A stretch of DNA of 64,000 nt from Candidatus Hydrogenedens sp. (GCA_049968235.1 JBMFRC010000002.1:32001-96000), one strand, 5' to 3'; numbered from the stretch's first letter, positions 49,322 to 59,316 are shown. A program made the numbers and translations. The notes: generated by a model not told the origin, from the sequence alone.

Positions 49322-51058
49322 TCAATTCTTCGTATACCTTAAAAGACTACCTGCACTTAATCCTTTCTGAAAAACTCCTTCTCTGACAACCCGTTTTCCA
49401 TTAATAATTACCTCATCCACCCCGGATGGCGATTCTTTCGGCGACTTAAAACATGCTTTTGAATCTATCTTATCCATATCAATTACAAGCACATCTGCGT
49501 AATATCCCTCTTTAAGCAGTCCACGCTGCTTTAAGTTAAAATGTTCTGCCGACAATGATGTGCATTTACGAACAGCCGTTTCTATGTCCACCAGTTTTAA
49601 TTCTTTACAATACCGGCGCAAATATCGTGGATAGCAACCGTAAAACAAAGGCGACGGCATACCGAAGCCCATCAATATTGCATCTGTGGAAATCATTACC
49701 TTTGGATGTGCCATTGAAGGGAAAGTTGTGCGTTCTGTAAATAAATCATCTGGTTCCGTAATACTTTCAAACACGAGCACATGCCCTTCCTCTTCAAGCA
49801 GTAAATCGCAGGCAGTATCAAATGGATGCTGTTTCCGTTCTCTTGCAATTTCTATAAGATTCATACCTTCATATCGTTTGTTCTTTTTAGATTGAACTGC
49901 CATTATGTGTGCACATTCCCAACCCATAAGACAGAATAAGTTCAATGTCCACGAATCGGGACCTGTATGTGGCCACTCCATTTTACCGTGTTCGATACTA
50001 TTTAACATTTTCTTTCTCAAATCATGGTCTTTTAACCGATTCAGAACCTGTGTCCTATCTCCTTCTAAAGCCCATGGCGGGAAAAACGCTAAAAGATGGG
50101 TAAAACCAGTTGTCGTTGGCATAACATCCACACTTATATCAATTCCTTTCTCTTGATTCCCCACAATCCTTTCGATGGCTTGTTCAATAGGTTTCCCTAA
50201 TGGAACAGGAATAGGCATCCATTGGGCTAAACTTGCCATCATACGAATTAATGACCGAACAAAGGGACCCATAAACCCCATATCCGGCACCCAGAATAAA
50301 TGAGAAACCTGAGCCCTTATCTGATTTTCACACGCAACAGTTGCTACCTCATCTATCGCTTTATCCAAAGTATTACTATAACTCCGCAAATGACTTGTGA
50401 AAATCCCTTCATACTTCTTCAGAACTTTTCCAAGTTCCACCAATTCTCGCGTATCACTTTGACTACCCGGATAATATTGCAGTCCTGTGGACATACCTAT
50501 GCCACCTGCATCCATAGATGCTTCTAAGGCTCCTGCCATTTTCTGTATCTCTTCATCTGTAGCATATCGGTTTTCGGTACCAACCCCATGTAGTCTTAGT
50601 AACCCATGAGGTATTAAAATAGCTGTATTCAGTGGAATACCTTTATGCTCTAAAAAATCAAAATACTCACTCGTGGTTCGCCATTGGAATTCCTTTTCCG
50701 GGTCAAAACTGGAAAAAACCTCAATATATGTAAATATAGCTTCCTTCCCAGACTCCAATACAGGAGAAAGACCCATTCCACAATTTCCACCGACAAAAGT
50801 AGTAATCCCTTGTTTAATTAATGGCATTAGCAATTCTTCTGCGTTCTCTTTGTGCAAACTTATATCTGCATGAGAATGAGGGTCTATAAAGCCAGGACAG
50901 ACCATCCTTCCCTTAGCATCAATTTCCTCCTTCGCCTCTGCTTCTTTCAAGTTACCGATAGCAACGATTTTACCTTGTTCAATTGCAAGGTCGCCGGCAT
51001 ATGCCTTTTCTCCACTACCATCTACAATTTTCCCATTCCGAATAAGAACATCAAACAT
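49322..51058 (-). CDS. N-acyl-D-amino-acid deacylase (D-aminoacylase), amidohydrolase family
   Basis: MFDVLIRNGKIVDGSG...GFIDPHSHAD metal-binding start and the amidohydrolase_3 layout. Length 578 aa. Confidence 0.78.
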   Translation of the reverse strand: MFDVLIRNGKIVDGSGEKAYAGDLAIEQGKIVAIGNLKEAEAKEEIDAKGRMVCPGFIDPHSHADISLHKENAEELLMPLIKQGITTFVGGNCGMGLSPVLESGKEAIFTYIEVFSSFDPEKEFQWRTTSEYFDFLEHKGIPLNTAILIPHGLLRLHGVGTENRYATDEEIQKMAGALEASMDAGGIGMSTGLQYYPGSQSDTRELVELGKVLKKYEGIFTSHLRSYSNTLDKAIDEVATVACENQIRAQVSHLFWVPDMGFMGPFVRSLIRMMASLAQWMPIPVPLGKPIEQAIERIVGNQEKGIDISVDVMPTTTGFTHLLAFFPPWALEGDRTQVLNRLKDHDLRKKMLNSIEHGKMEWPHTGPDSWTLNLFCLMGWECAHIMAVQSKKNKRYEGMNLIEIARERKQHPFDTACDLLLEEEGHVLVFESITEPDDLFTERTTFPSMAHPKVMISTDAILMGFGMPSPLFYGCYPRYLRRYCKELKLVDIETAVRKCTSLSAEHFNLKQRGLLKEGYYADVLVIDMDKIDSKACFKSPKESPSGVDEVIINGKRVVREGVFQKGLSAGSLLRYTKN

Positions 51059-51139
51059 AACTTCTTCCTTCTCTCTTCACTAAAATAAACGGGGAAAGAT
51101 TCCTTTCCCCGCACTGTGTTGAATATTGTCTTGATATTT

Positions 51140-54100
51140 TTAATTTGCCGGACCTACACCAAAGCCATCTTCTCCAACAGAATCGATATGATAACCGCCA
51201 GCATTAAAGAATTGAATTAATCGCAATAATTCAGTAAAGTCTATTTTCCAATTCTTAGGATTATAATCGGATGTGTGATAATTACAACTATGATTTACCC
51301 CATCACCAACATCATATCCATCTTCTGTAGATGTCGATACATCCGCACAGTGATATCCGAATGAATTAAAGAACTGAATTACACGCAATAACTCACGGAG
51401 TTCTATCTTCCAATTCCCGTTTACATCCGCACTATGTCGGGAAGGAGGTTCTCCTTCAGATACACCTTCTACAGTTCCTTCTCCCTCAGGCACACCTTCA
51501 GGACTTCCTTCTTCATTCGAAATCACAGTTGCAACCACAGGATAGACGAGCATATTGGGTCCACCTGTAAACGATACAATAGCAAGGTATTCCCCTGAAG
51601 AAAGGTCATTTGCACAGAATCTCACAACTATGGACTGGCTTTCTCCCGGAGCAAGATTATAATTATAATCAGAGGTAATTTGGAACACATCTGCTGATAA
51701 CTCTGGAGCACTTATTATCGCATTTCCTATCAAAGCAGATGTACTCAATTCAGAATTCATTATAGCAAATGTCCCTTCCACGCACTCACCCGCATTTACC
51801 TCACCTAGATCCAATACATAAGGATTAATAACTGGAACAACAATACTTTGTTCCCCCTCAGTTACTCCTTCGGGTTCGATAGGAAGAAACATTGCTTTTA
51901 GAACTGTATTTTGACTAATACTGAATGTTACAGGATTAGCTGTCCCAGCAAACTGCCCATTAATCGTCCAGCCCTGCCAGATATCTTTCGACGAATTATA
52001 AGTAGCCTGTGCGGTTACTGTGGTTCCAAAATAATAATACCCGGGCTGTAAACCTTCACTACTTTCAGGTGATACCTGAACTGAAACAGGAGCGGTATTC
52101 CCCTCTGTTACCACAGATAATTGATACATCGGTAAAATCTCACCTTCATTTGTCTCACTAAAGCATGGAGCACCACAGCCACCTCCATTACTCTTTGCCG
52201 TTGGGTCAACTGCAGAAACTACAAAGGTGATAATACTTTCTCCACTTTCATTGAAGGTAGCATTATATTCCGCTAAATTACAAACCCTATCTCCATCCGC
52301 ATCACCAAACGCACCTAAATACTGACTTGCAGAAGTATCCACCTGGTTTACTATGAAAGATATCCCTACCTGTCCTGCTATTTGAGAAAGCATTGATAAT
52401 GAAATACCTTCTCCCAATGTGGCTATTCCTGTAAATAATGCCTTCAACTGATTTACATCCACTTTTGATAAAATATTTTGAGGGATTACTCCCTGTGATA
52501 CCGCAGTATCAATTATATTCGTAAACAAGGCATAATTGCTTTGCCATGCAGACAATACACAACAACGGTTCTGAACACCCGGGTTCGCCAATATAATATC
52601 CAGAAGTTGCAATTGAGCAGACTCCACCATTTGATTACCATCGAAATCTGTTGTAATCGAATTAATACTCATCATTGAACAATATGCTTCCCACGCATTC
52701 CGGGCATTCCCTTGAACTCCAATATTACCACATGAGGTAATAGCACACGGTACTGGACAACCTTCAGGAATTTCTCCTTCACCCTCTACAATACCTTCAG
52801 TAGATCCTTCAGCGGAACCTTCTCCTTCAAAATTACCTTCGGGGAGCCCTTCAACAGTTCCCTCAGGTTCAATACACGGAGCATAACGGGACAGGTCACT
52901 TTCCTTATATTCAGAAGGAACTCCCTTTCCTGCTGAAATACCTGCTAATCCATCATACGCTTCTATATTTAACCACGTTATCGCAATCCGACCATCAAAG
53001 AACATCTCTATCTGGAAACTGGCTGTATCATTTGTAAAGTTACCATCAACCTTAACCTCATGATAGGTCACAACGAAACGGTCATCCAACTGCTTCCACC
53101 AGATTTGTCCGCCATCATTCGGTTTCAGATTATCAAACAGACCTGAAACACGCGGTATACGGAAATGATTTTCCGGTGATTCCTTATTCTCGGTATCCCC
53201 TTCTGTAAACGTTAAATAACCATTACTACCTATAAATACACGGTCATAAGCCACTCCATAAAGAATAACCTGTTTCCCGTCTGCCAGAGGTACCTCGACA
53301 TAGGCATCATCACCTAAACTGACCGGTGTTGAAAGTATCGAATCTACCGGGTAATCTGTAATCCCCGTAATAGTGCATGCAAAATAACCGTTAGCATTAT
53401 TCGCCGGAGTTAAAAGTAACCGTTTATTATCCAAGTCATTGTCAACAACAAAGTCTTCTGTAAACCAATCCGTTGCAGGTTGAGAGGGTGGACCGGAGGT
53501 AAAATTCACCTCACAAGGACGGAATTCTAAATCTAAGGGTCCGTTAAACGGGGACCAGGGTATCGTCATAATGGGTAAATCCCACCGACCTCCAAAAATA
53601 CTAATAAATACATTCGGATAAAACTTAACCGTTAAAATAAGGTTACAAATTTCATTATAGTTCATCACAGAGCGATAGCCATCTTCACCTACTTGTACGG
53701 GTACGGATTGTCCCTCCTCCCAGAATAATAAACCTTCCTGTAAACTTATAGTATCACATTCCAGGGAACCATTTGCATCCGCTGAAACATCAATACCTGC
53801 CCCTGATGAAAAAGGAATCCACTTTAACCAGTCCGGTAAAGTAACACCTACTAAGTTCAATATTACTTTTACAAGGTCCACATCAAACAAATGCGTTTTA
53901 GGTGTATTATCTTGAATCGTAGAGGCAGTATCTAACAAAAAACTATTAAAATAATCATATGCAGTTGTACGAAATTCCACATCAGGAATGTAAGGAACAT
54001 CTACTGTAAACGGAGGAATAATTCCTATATCAAACCCCGCTTTCATGAGCAATTCCGCTCCGAAATCATACCCCCAGAAGCCACTGGCATTACCTGCTGT

Positions 54101-54943
54101 TAACCATGGCGGATTTAAATGGAAAAAGCCCTGCACATCCGCCTGGTAATTAGCAACTGCTGCAGCGCGAATACGCACCTGAACTGGAAATCCTCCCGGA
54201 TTTTCCTCAAATCCACCCTCTCCTTTACCATTAGGCCACCAGCCTGAATCAAAACTTAGGTTTAACCCTTTCATTGGTGCGGTAAACTGGACAGGTTGCG
54301 TTTCTACTGCTTTACCTAAGTCTCCCTTTACATCAACCTTAACTATCTCTTCAACACCACCTGTAACAGTATATTCTGTATTAATTGATTTCATACCCGA
54401 ACAGGGTTCTAACACTTGTACAATAACTCCAGACTTCCCATCCTGTTGATAATCCCAGCGAATTAAAACGGGACGAACCCCATTTTCCGAATAAATCTCT
54501 TTCCTCTGCTCTACATATAAAAGTTTATCTTTCAAAAAACATTTCGTCTCACTTACACCTTCATTCCCTTTCGTTTGAACAATAGACCATTCTAAAGAAA
54601 TGTTTTCTAATTGCAATCGAAAATTCTTGCTACCATCGTTTGACATTATCTTTTCCGTCTTATCAAAATATTTCTCTAATAATGCACGATTCATTGAAGT
54701 AAAGCCAGGAAAGCCAACTCCTTGTTTACCGAATTGCATTATACTTCGACGAACAACGCCATCTTCGCTGAATTCCACATATTCCAGAGAACCCTCTTCT
54801 CTTGCTAACAACTGAAGTTTTGCATCAGGAGGAATATTATCTCCTTCCCAGCGTGCTGAATATACCCAGTATGATTCTGTAAAACCAACAGCAGAAATAC
54901 ATACAATAAGAATTAATGCAAACATTAACTTCTTGTATTCCAT
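51140..54943 (-). CDS. Giant secreted multidomain protein (1267 aa) with Glu/Gly-rich linkers and two C-terminal dockerin-like repeats
   Basis: Signal peptide. EG-rich linkers EGTVEGLPEGNFEGEGSAEGSTEGIVEGEGEIPEG and EGSPEGVPEGEGTVEGVSEGEP. C-terminal repeats DVNGNWKIELRELLRVIQFFNSFGYH and NPKNWKIDFTELLRLIQFFNAGGYH. An internal D-x-D-G-D site, GDADGDRVCNLAEY. Confidence 0.6.
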   Translation of the reverse strand: MEYKKLMFALILIVCISAVGFTESYWVYSARWEGDNIPPDAKLQLLAREEGSLEYVEFSEDGVVRRSIMQFGKQGVGFPGFTSMNRALLEKYFDKTEKIMSNDGSKNFRLQLENISLEWSIVQTKGNEGVSETKCFLKDKLLYVEQRKEIYSENGVRPVLIRWDYQQDGKSGVIVQVLEPCSGMKSINTEYTVTGGVEEIVKVDVKGDLGKAVETQPVQFTAPMKGLNLSFDSGWWPNGKGEGGFEENPGGFPVQVRIRAAAVANYQADVQGFFHLNPPWLTAGNASGFWGYDFGAELLMKAGFDIGIIPPFTVDVPYIPDVEFRTTAYDYFNSFLLDTASTIQDNTPKTHLFDVDLVKVILNLVGVTLPDWLKWIPFSSGAGIDVSADANGSLECDTISLQEGLLFWEEGQSVPVQVGEDGYRSVMNYNEICNLILTVKFYPNVFISIFGGRWDLPIMTIPWSPFNGPLDLEFRPCEVNFTSGPPSQPATDWFTEDFVVDNDLDNKRLLLTPANNANGYFACTITGITDYPVDSILSTPVSLGDDAYVEVPLADGKQVILYGVAYDRVFIGSNGYLTFTEGDTENKESPENHFRIPRVSGLFDNLKPNDGGQIWWKQLDDRFVVTYHEVKVDGNFTNDTASFQIEMFFDGRIAITWLNIEAYDGLAGISAGKGVPSEYKESDLSRYAPCIEPEGTVEGLPEGNFEGEGSAEGSTEGIVEGEGEIPEGCPVPCAITSCGNIGVQGNARNAWEAYCSMMSINSITTDFDGNQMVESAQLQLLDIILANPGVQNRCCVLSAWQSNYALFTNIIDTAVSQGVIPQNILSKVDVNQLKALFTGIATLGEGISLSMLSQIAGQVGISFIVNQVDTSASQYLGAFGDADGDRVCNLAEYNATFNESGESIITFVVSAVDPTAKSNGGGCGAPCFSETNEGEILPMYQLSVVTEGNTAPVSVQVSPESSEGLQPGYYYFGTTVTAQATYNSSKDIWQGWTINGQFAGTANPVTFSISQNTVLKAMFLPIEPEGVTEGEQSIVVPVINPYVLDLGEVNAGECVEGTFAIMNSELSTSALIGNAIISAPELSADVFQITSDYNYNLAPGESQSIVVRFCANDLSSGEYLAIVSFTGGPNMLVYPVVATVISNEEGSPEGVPEGEGTVEGVSEGEPPSRHSADVNGNWKIELRELLRVIQFFNSFGYHCADVSTSTEDGYDVGDGVNHSCNYHTSDYNPKNWKIDFTELLRLIQFFNAGGYHIDSVGEDGFGVGPAN

Positions 54944-55165
54944 TGCAACTCTCCTTTATATTTTTTATTGATTTGTATTAAATTTCTTAATCCCTCAAAC
55001 ATAATTCTAAAACCACAAAACCATAAATACCATAAAAATTGACCTTTTATATAATCTTACCATTATTTTATACAAATTTCAATTTTTTTATGACAAATTT
55101 TTATTTTGATAAAAGAATAAAATAAGGTGTATGATAAATTAAACAGAAAAAGAAGGAGTACTGCA

Positions 55166-55498
55166 ATGATTAAAGATAGAATTGTTCGTATAAAGATGAA
55201 AAAGAATTTCAAGGAACAAAAGCCCTTTTCTTTCGTTGGGAAAATAACCCTCTGGTCTGAAAATTGGATAGCCTTAGAAGGAAAAGGAATTATGTTAACC
55301 CGTCAGCAGTCCAGTGGGGTACAAATAGATGAAGGAATTAAAGTTCTTTTAATCCCTCGTGAAAGCATTGACCATATACAGGTATTGCCAGATAATTTTG
55401 ATATAACCCAATTAAAAGTTACCACTGAAGGACAACAATTAGTTTTAGTAATTGATGGGAAACGCGATTCTATCCTTGGAGAAATGGGAGAAGGATAA
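55166..55498 (+). CDS. Hypothetical small protein (111 aa from the ATG with an AAGGAG RBS; the ORF track starts at a GTG at 55127)
   Basis: AAGGAG lies 7 nt upstream of the ATG at 55166. No recognisable motif. Divergent from the large secreted gene. Confidence 0.4.
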   Translation: MIKDRIVRIKMKKNFKEQKPFSFVGKITLWSENWIALEGKGIMLTRQQSSGVQIDEGIKVLLIPRESIDHIQVLPDNFDITQLKVTTEGQQLVLVIDGKRDSILGEMGEG

Positions 55499-55518
55499 CG
55501 CACTTTTCTGTAATAATA

Positions 55519-56085
55519 TTAACCAGTAGACACACGCTCGATATACTTACCTGTTCGAGTATCTATTTTTATAACATCACCTTCTTTAATAAAGAGGGGA
55601 ACCTGTATTTTTGCACCACTTTCCAGAGTACAGAATTTTAATACATTTGTAGCGGTATCTCCACGCACAGCAGGTTCCGCAGAAACAACTTTTAATTCAA
55701 CAAACGGTGCCATTTCCGCAATAATAGGTTTATCTTCCAGAAAGTAAATAGAGCATAAATCGGACTCTTTCAAAAATTTCTTCTGCTCACCTAACATTTC
55801 TTCAGGAATAAAGGTCTGTTCATAAGTTTCTAAGTCCATAAAATAAAGGAGACCTTCCGACTCATAAAGATATTGCATCTTCCGCTCCAGCAACATTACT
55901 TCCTCCACTTCATCGGACATGCGAAAAGTTACATCCATTGTCCTTCCTGTTTTTACATTCTTTAATTTCGTTTTTAACATGGCTCGCCAATTACCGGGAG
56001 TAATATGTTGGAACTCCACAACTACCCAGATATCTCCTTCATAACGAATTGCCATTCCTCTGCGAAAACCAGAAACAGAAATCAT
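55519..56085 (-). CDS. efp: Elongation factor P family protein (EF-P/EfpL-like) with an atypical beta3-beta4 loop
   Basis: Fits EF-P over its 188 aa, for example the GDTATN...LESGAKIQVPLFIKEGDVIKIDTRTGKYIERV C-terminal block. The loop reads FQHITPGNWRAMLKTKLKN in place of KPGKG or SGRN. Confidence 0.78.
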   Translation of the reverse strand: MISVSGFRRGMAIRYEGDIWVVVEFQHITPGNWRAMLKTKLKNVKTGRTMDVTFRMSDEVEEVMLLERKMQYLYESEGLLYFMDLETYEQTFIPEEMLGEQKKFLKESDLCSIYFLEDKPIIAEMAPFVELKVVSAEPAVRGDTATNVLKFCTLESGAKIQVPLFIKEGDVIKIDTRTGKYIERVSTG

Positions 56086-56209
56086 CCTTTCATTCCTTTC
56101 TTTGGGTTTCAGTTGAATCTTTTTTGCCTCTATTCATACTATATTATAAATTATTATAAATAGTTTATAATCCCTTTGTAAAAAAAACTTTTTAATATAA
56201 GGTAGACTT

Positions 56210-59047
56210 ATGAATTTTATAGTCTTCATTCCGTTGCTACTTCATCTCCTTCATTTCCCACAAATAAACAATCCTTTTGAAAATGCACATTTAATCATAG
56301 ACCCACGTATGAAAGATGTTATCCCTAATAACAATTTCATGACGAACACAAAAAATGACTGGATAAAAGACAGTCCCCACCAGATACATACACTATTCAG
56401 AAAAATTTTTGTTGTTGAAAAATTTCCTAAATTGGCAGAGATATATATTACTGCAGATGACTATTTTAAACTCTATATAAATGGTGAACATATTTTAGAA
56501 GGTCCAACAAACGGTTATCCTTTTGCCTACCCTTATTTTAAGTTTAACCTGACCCCATTCATTAGGACAGGGACAAATATACTGGCTATTCACACATATT
56601 ACAGAGGGTTAATAAATCGTGTTTGTGTCAGTGGTGATAATCGTTCCGGGCTTATCTTGAAACTTATACTTACCGATATGGAGGGACGAAAAACAGAGAT
56701 TGTATCTGATACAACATGGAAATGCTTCCCTCTGGATGCATTTATTACGACTGACACTATAGGTTATAAAACACAATTCATTGAGAATATAGATATGCTA
56801 AAATACCCAAAAGACTGGCAATCCCTTGATTTCGATGATAGCCACTGGATAAACCCCGAATTAGGAAAAAGTGACTACACTTTTGTTGACTTACCTGCAA
56901 AACCATTAGAAATAAAAAATGTTTTCCCCAAAGAAAAGAAAAAAATTAATTCAGGACATTTCATTTTTGATTTCGGTCGCGAAGTCGTTGGATACACGAG
57001 AATAAAAACTAGGGGTGAAAGAGGACAAAAAATGATAGTTTATCATGGGGAAGAACTGGATGAAAACGGATATGTCCGCTGGCAAATGCGAGCATACTGT
57101 GATTACAAAGAAGAAATCATTTTATCCGGTGAAGAAGATATTTCTCCTTTCTATGAATACCGTGCCTTTCGATATATTGAATTGGATAATGCTCCCGAAG
57201 AAACCTCCGTATGGGTTGAAGAACGCCATTACCCATTTGACACCACAAAAGTTCTCTTTTATTCTTCAGATAAGGATTTAACAAATATATGGGATATTTG
57301 TCAATTGGGAGTTCGACTTTGCTCGCAAGAAGGCTTTTTGGATTGTCCTTCCCGTGAAAAAGGACAATATTTAGGAGATGCAGTTATTACATCTCGTTCC
57401 TTTATGTGGCTTACAGGAGATACTTCATTAACAAAAAAATCATTAATAGATTTTTCTCTTTCAACAAAAATAGATCCTGGTCTAACAGCGGTTGCACCTT
57501 CCGGGTTTATTCAAGAACTTGCCGAATACTCCCTTCAATATCCATTAATGCTATGGGAATACTATCGTCATTCCGGTGACAAAGATTTTCTAAAAGCAAT
57601 GGCAACAGAATGTTTACCATCACTCCTATACTATTTTGCACAGTTTGAAAATGAATCCGGCTTATTAAACTCTACCGGGAAAAAACCTATTTTGATTGAT
57701 TGGCCCAAAAACCTTCGTGATAATTTCGATTATGATTATGCCCAGAACAAACCTAATGCGGTCGTTAATGCTTTTTATTACGGAGCCGTTACAACAACAC
57801 TGGAAATACAAAAGACGCTCGGCATAGAAGACACTGCACTCAAAGAAAAAGCAGAAAAAATATGGAATGGCTATCAAAAAATCTTTCTGGACTCTGAAAA
57901 GAAACTTTATAAAGATGCTCCAAACTCGAAACATTATGCTCTGCATAGCAATGCTCTACCTCTCTACTTTGGATTGGTAAAAGATGAAAAAGTAAAAGAA
58001 AATATTTTCTCTTTAATTGAACAAAAAGGACTTTACTGTGGTGTTTATATCGCATCTTACATCATTGAAGCATGCTTCAAAGAAGGAAATCCCGAATTAG
58101 GATGGAAACTATTAACAAACAACACAGAATATTCATGGAAGGAAATGCTTCGCAATGGGGCTACTTCCTGCCTTGAAGTGTGGAAACCCGAAATGAAATC
58201 AAATATGAGTTGGTGTCATGCATGGAGTAGTTGCCCTATTTATCTCTTATCGGAATATGTATTAGGTCTAAAAATCGGCAAACCCGGCTGGGAAGAAATC
58301 CACTTCTCCCCAGCAAAAATAAACGATTTACCCGATATGTTTCTCATTAAACCCTTACCTGATGGAGGTTATTGCTCTGTGAATATAAAAAACAATAACT
58401 ATAACCTGACCGTTCCTGAGAATATTCATGTAATAACAGATGGTGTGCAGTGTGGAAATATTTCTGTTCATACTGTTTTATCTCACCAAAGTCCGACAGA
58501 ACTATCCGAAGAAGAAAAGACACTACTGAAAAATTATCAGTGGGACATAAAGACAGAAAACACTCGAGGAATTTGGGTTTCTATCAAAAAACAAAAATTA
58601 TATGTAATTGAAAAAAACAAAGTAGTATGGCAAACTCTTTGTTCCACTGGGATAAAAGGAATAGGTGAAAAATTAGGTTCCGAACAAACCCCCAGAGGGT
58701 GGCATCAAATTGTTGAAAAAATTGGTGACAATGCCCCATGGGGACAAATCTTTCGCAATCGTCAACCCGTAGGGATATGGGATAAAAGTCAGATTACAGA
58801 TGAATCCCTTGTCCTAACTCGAATACTGCGTCTTGATGGCTTGGAAGAAACAAAGAATAAAGGTATTAATAACGAAGGAGAAATTGTAGATTCGTATCAA
58901 CGATTCATTTACATTCATGGCACCAATAAAGAAGAACTTATAGGCACTCCTTTTACACGTGGTTGTATCGGTCTAACTAATAATGATGTGATTATGCTCT
59001 ACAACATTGTTCCCCTCAACACGAAAGTTCTTATTACAGAAGAATAA
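56210..59047 (+). CDS. Fusion protein: GH78-like alpha-L-rhamnosidase (six-hairpin glycosidase) region plus a C-terminal L,D-transpeptidase (YkuD) domain
   Basis: N-domain AEIYITADDYFKLYINGEHI matches the rhamnosidase N-terminal beta-sandwich. DCPSREKGQYLGDA matches the GH78 DCPxRE...GD block. The C-terminus from about 58550 carries the YkuD motif TPRGWH...IYIHGTNKEELIGTPFTRGCIGLTNNDVIMLYNIVPLNTKVLI. Confidence 0.65.
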   Translation: MNFIVFIPLLLHLLHFPQINNPFENAHLIIDPRMKDVIPNNNFMTNTKNDWIKDSPHQIHTLFRKIFVVEKFPKLAEIYITADDYFKLYINGEHILEGPTNGYPFAYPYFKFNLTPFIRTGTNILAIHTYYRGLINRVCVSGDNRSGLILKLILTDMEGRKTEIVSDTTWKCFPLDAFITTDTIGYKTQFIENIDMLKYPKDWQSLDFDDSHWINPELGKSDYTFVDLPAKPLEIKNVFPKEKKKINSGHFIFDFGREVVGYTRIKTRGERGQKMIVYHGEELDENGYVRWQMRAYCDYKEEIILSGEEDISPFYEYRAFRYIELDNAPEETSVWVEERHYPFDTTKVLFYSSDKDLTNIWDICQLGVRLCSQEGFLDCPSREKGQYLGDAVITSRSFMWLTGDTSLTKKSLIDFSLSTKIDPGLTAVAPSGFIQELAEYSLQYPLMLWEYYRHSGDKDFLKAMATECLPSLLYYFAQFENESGLLNSTGKKPILIDWPKNLRDNFDYDYAQNKPNAVVNAFYYGAVTTTLEIQKTLGIEDTALKEKAEKIWNGYQKIFLDSEKKLYKDAPNSKHYALHSNALPLYFGLVKDEKVKENIFSLIEQKGLYCGVYIASYIIEACFKEGNPELGWKLLTNNTEYSWKEMLRNGATSCLEVWKPEMKSNMSWCHAWSSCPIYLLSEYVLGLKIGKPGWEEIHFSPAKINDLPDMFLIKPLPDGGYCSVNIKNNNYNLTVPENIHVITDGVQCGNISVHTVLSHQSPTELSEEEKTLLKNYQWDIKTENTRGIWVSIKKQKLYVIEKNKVVWQTLCSTGIKGIGEKLGSEQTPRGWHQIVEKIGDNAPWGQIFRNRQPVGIWDKSQITDESLVLTRILRLDGLEETKNKGINNEGEIVDSYQRFIYIHGTNKEELIGTPFTRGCIGLTNNDVIMLYNIVPLNTKVLITEE

Positions 59048-59276
59048 AAATAGAATAGGTAGCCATTTTACGAAAATAATTCATCAAATTTAATCACTAC
59101 TCATTGTTAAATACCCTTTTATACTTATCAGGATGCTTTGCTAAAGTTTTTTAGTTAATTGACGATAATAAGAACAGACAGTTGAATATAGTGATGTAAA
59201 TCCTCCATGAGTTATGAGTGTTCGTCCCAACTCTCATAAATTTATTTGAGTTCCATAGTTATATACTTCCTTGAGT

Positions 59277-59316
59277 GACGCCATAAAAGACCCAATATTA
59301 TGGCGTCCTTCTTTTT
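59277..59316 (+). terminator. Rho-independent terminator candidate in the long intergenic region after the GH78-LDT gene
   Basis: GACGCCATAA, an 11-nt loop, then TTATGGCGTC: a perfect 10-bp stem. It is followed by CTTCTTTTTAT. Confidence 0.55.

Noticed and set aside
55127-55165. GTG start at 55127 for the small hypothetical ORF
   Set aside because: The ATG at 55166 has a near-perfect AAGGAG RBS at the correct spacing, so the upstream GTG extension is less likely.
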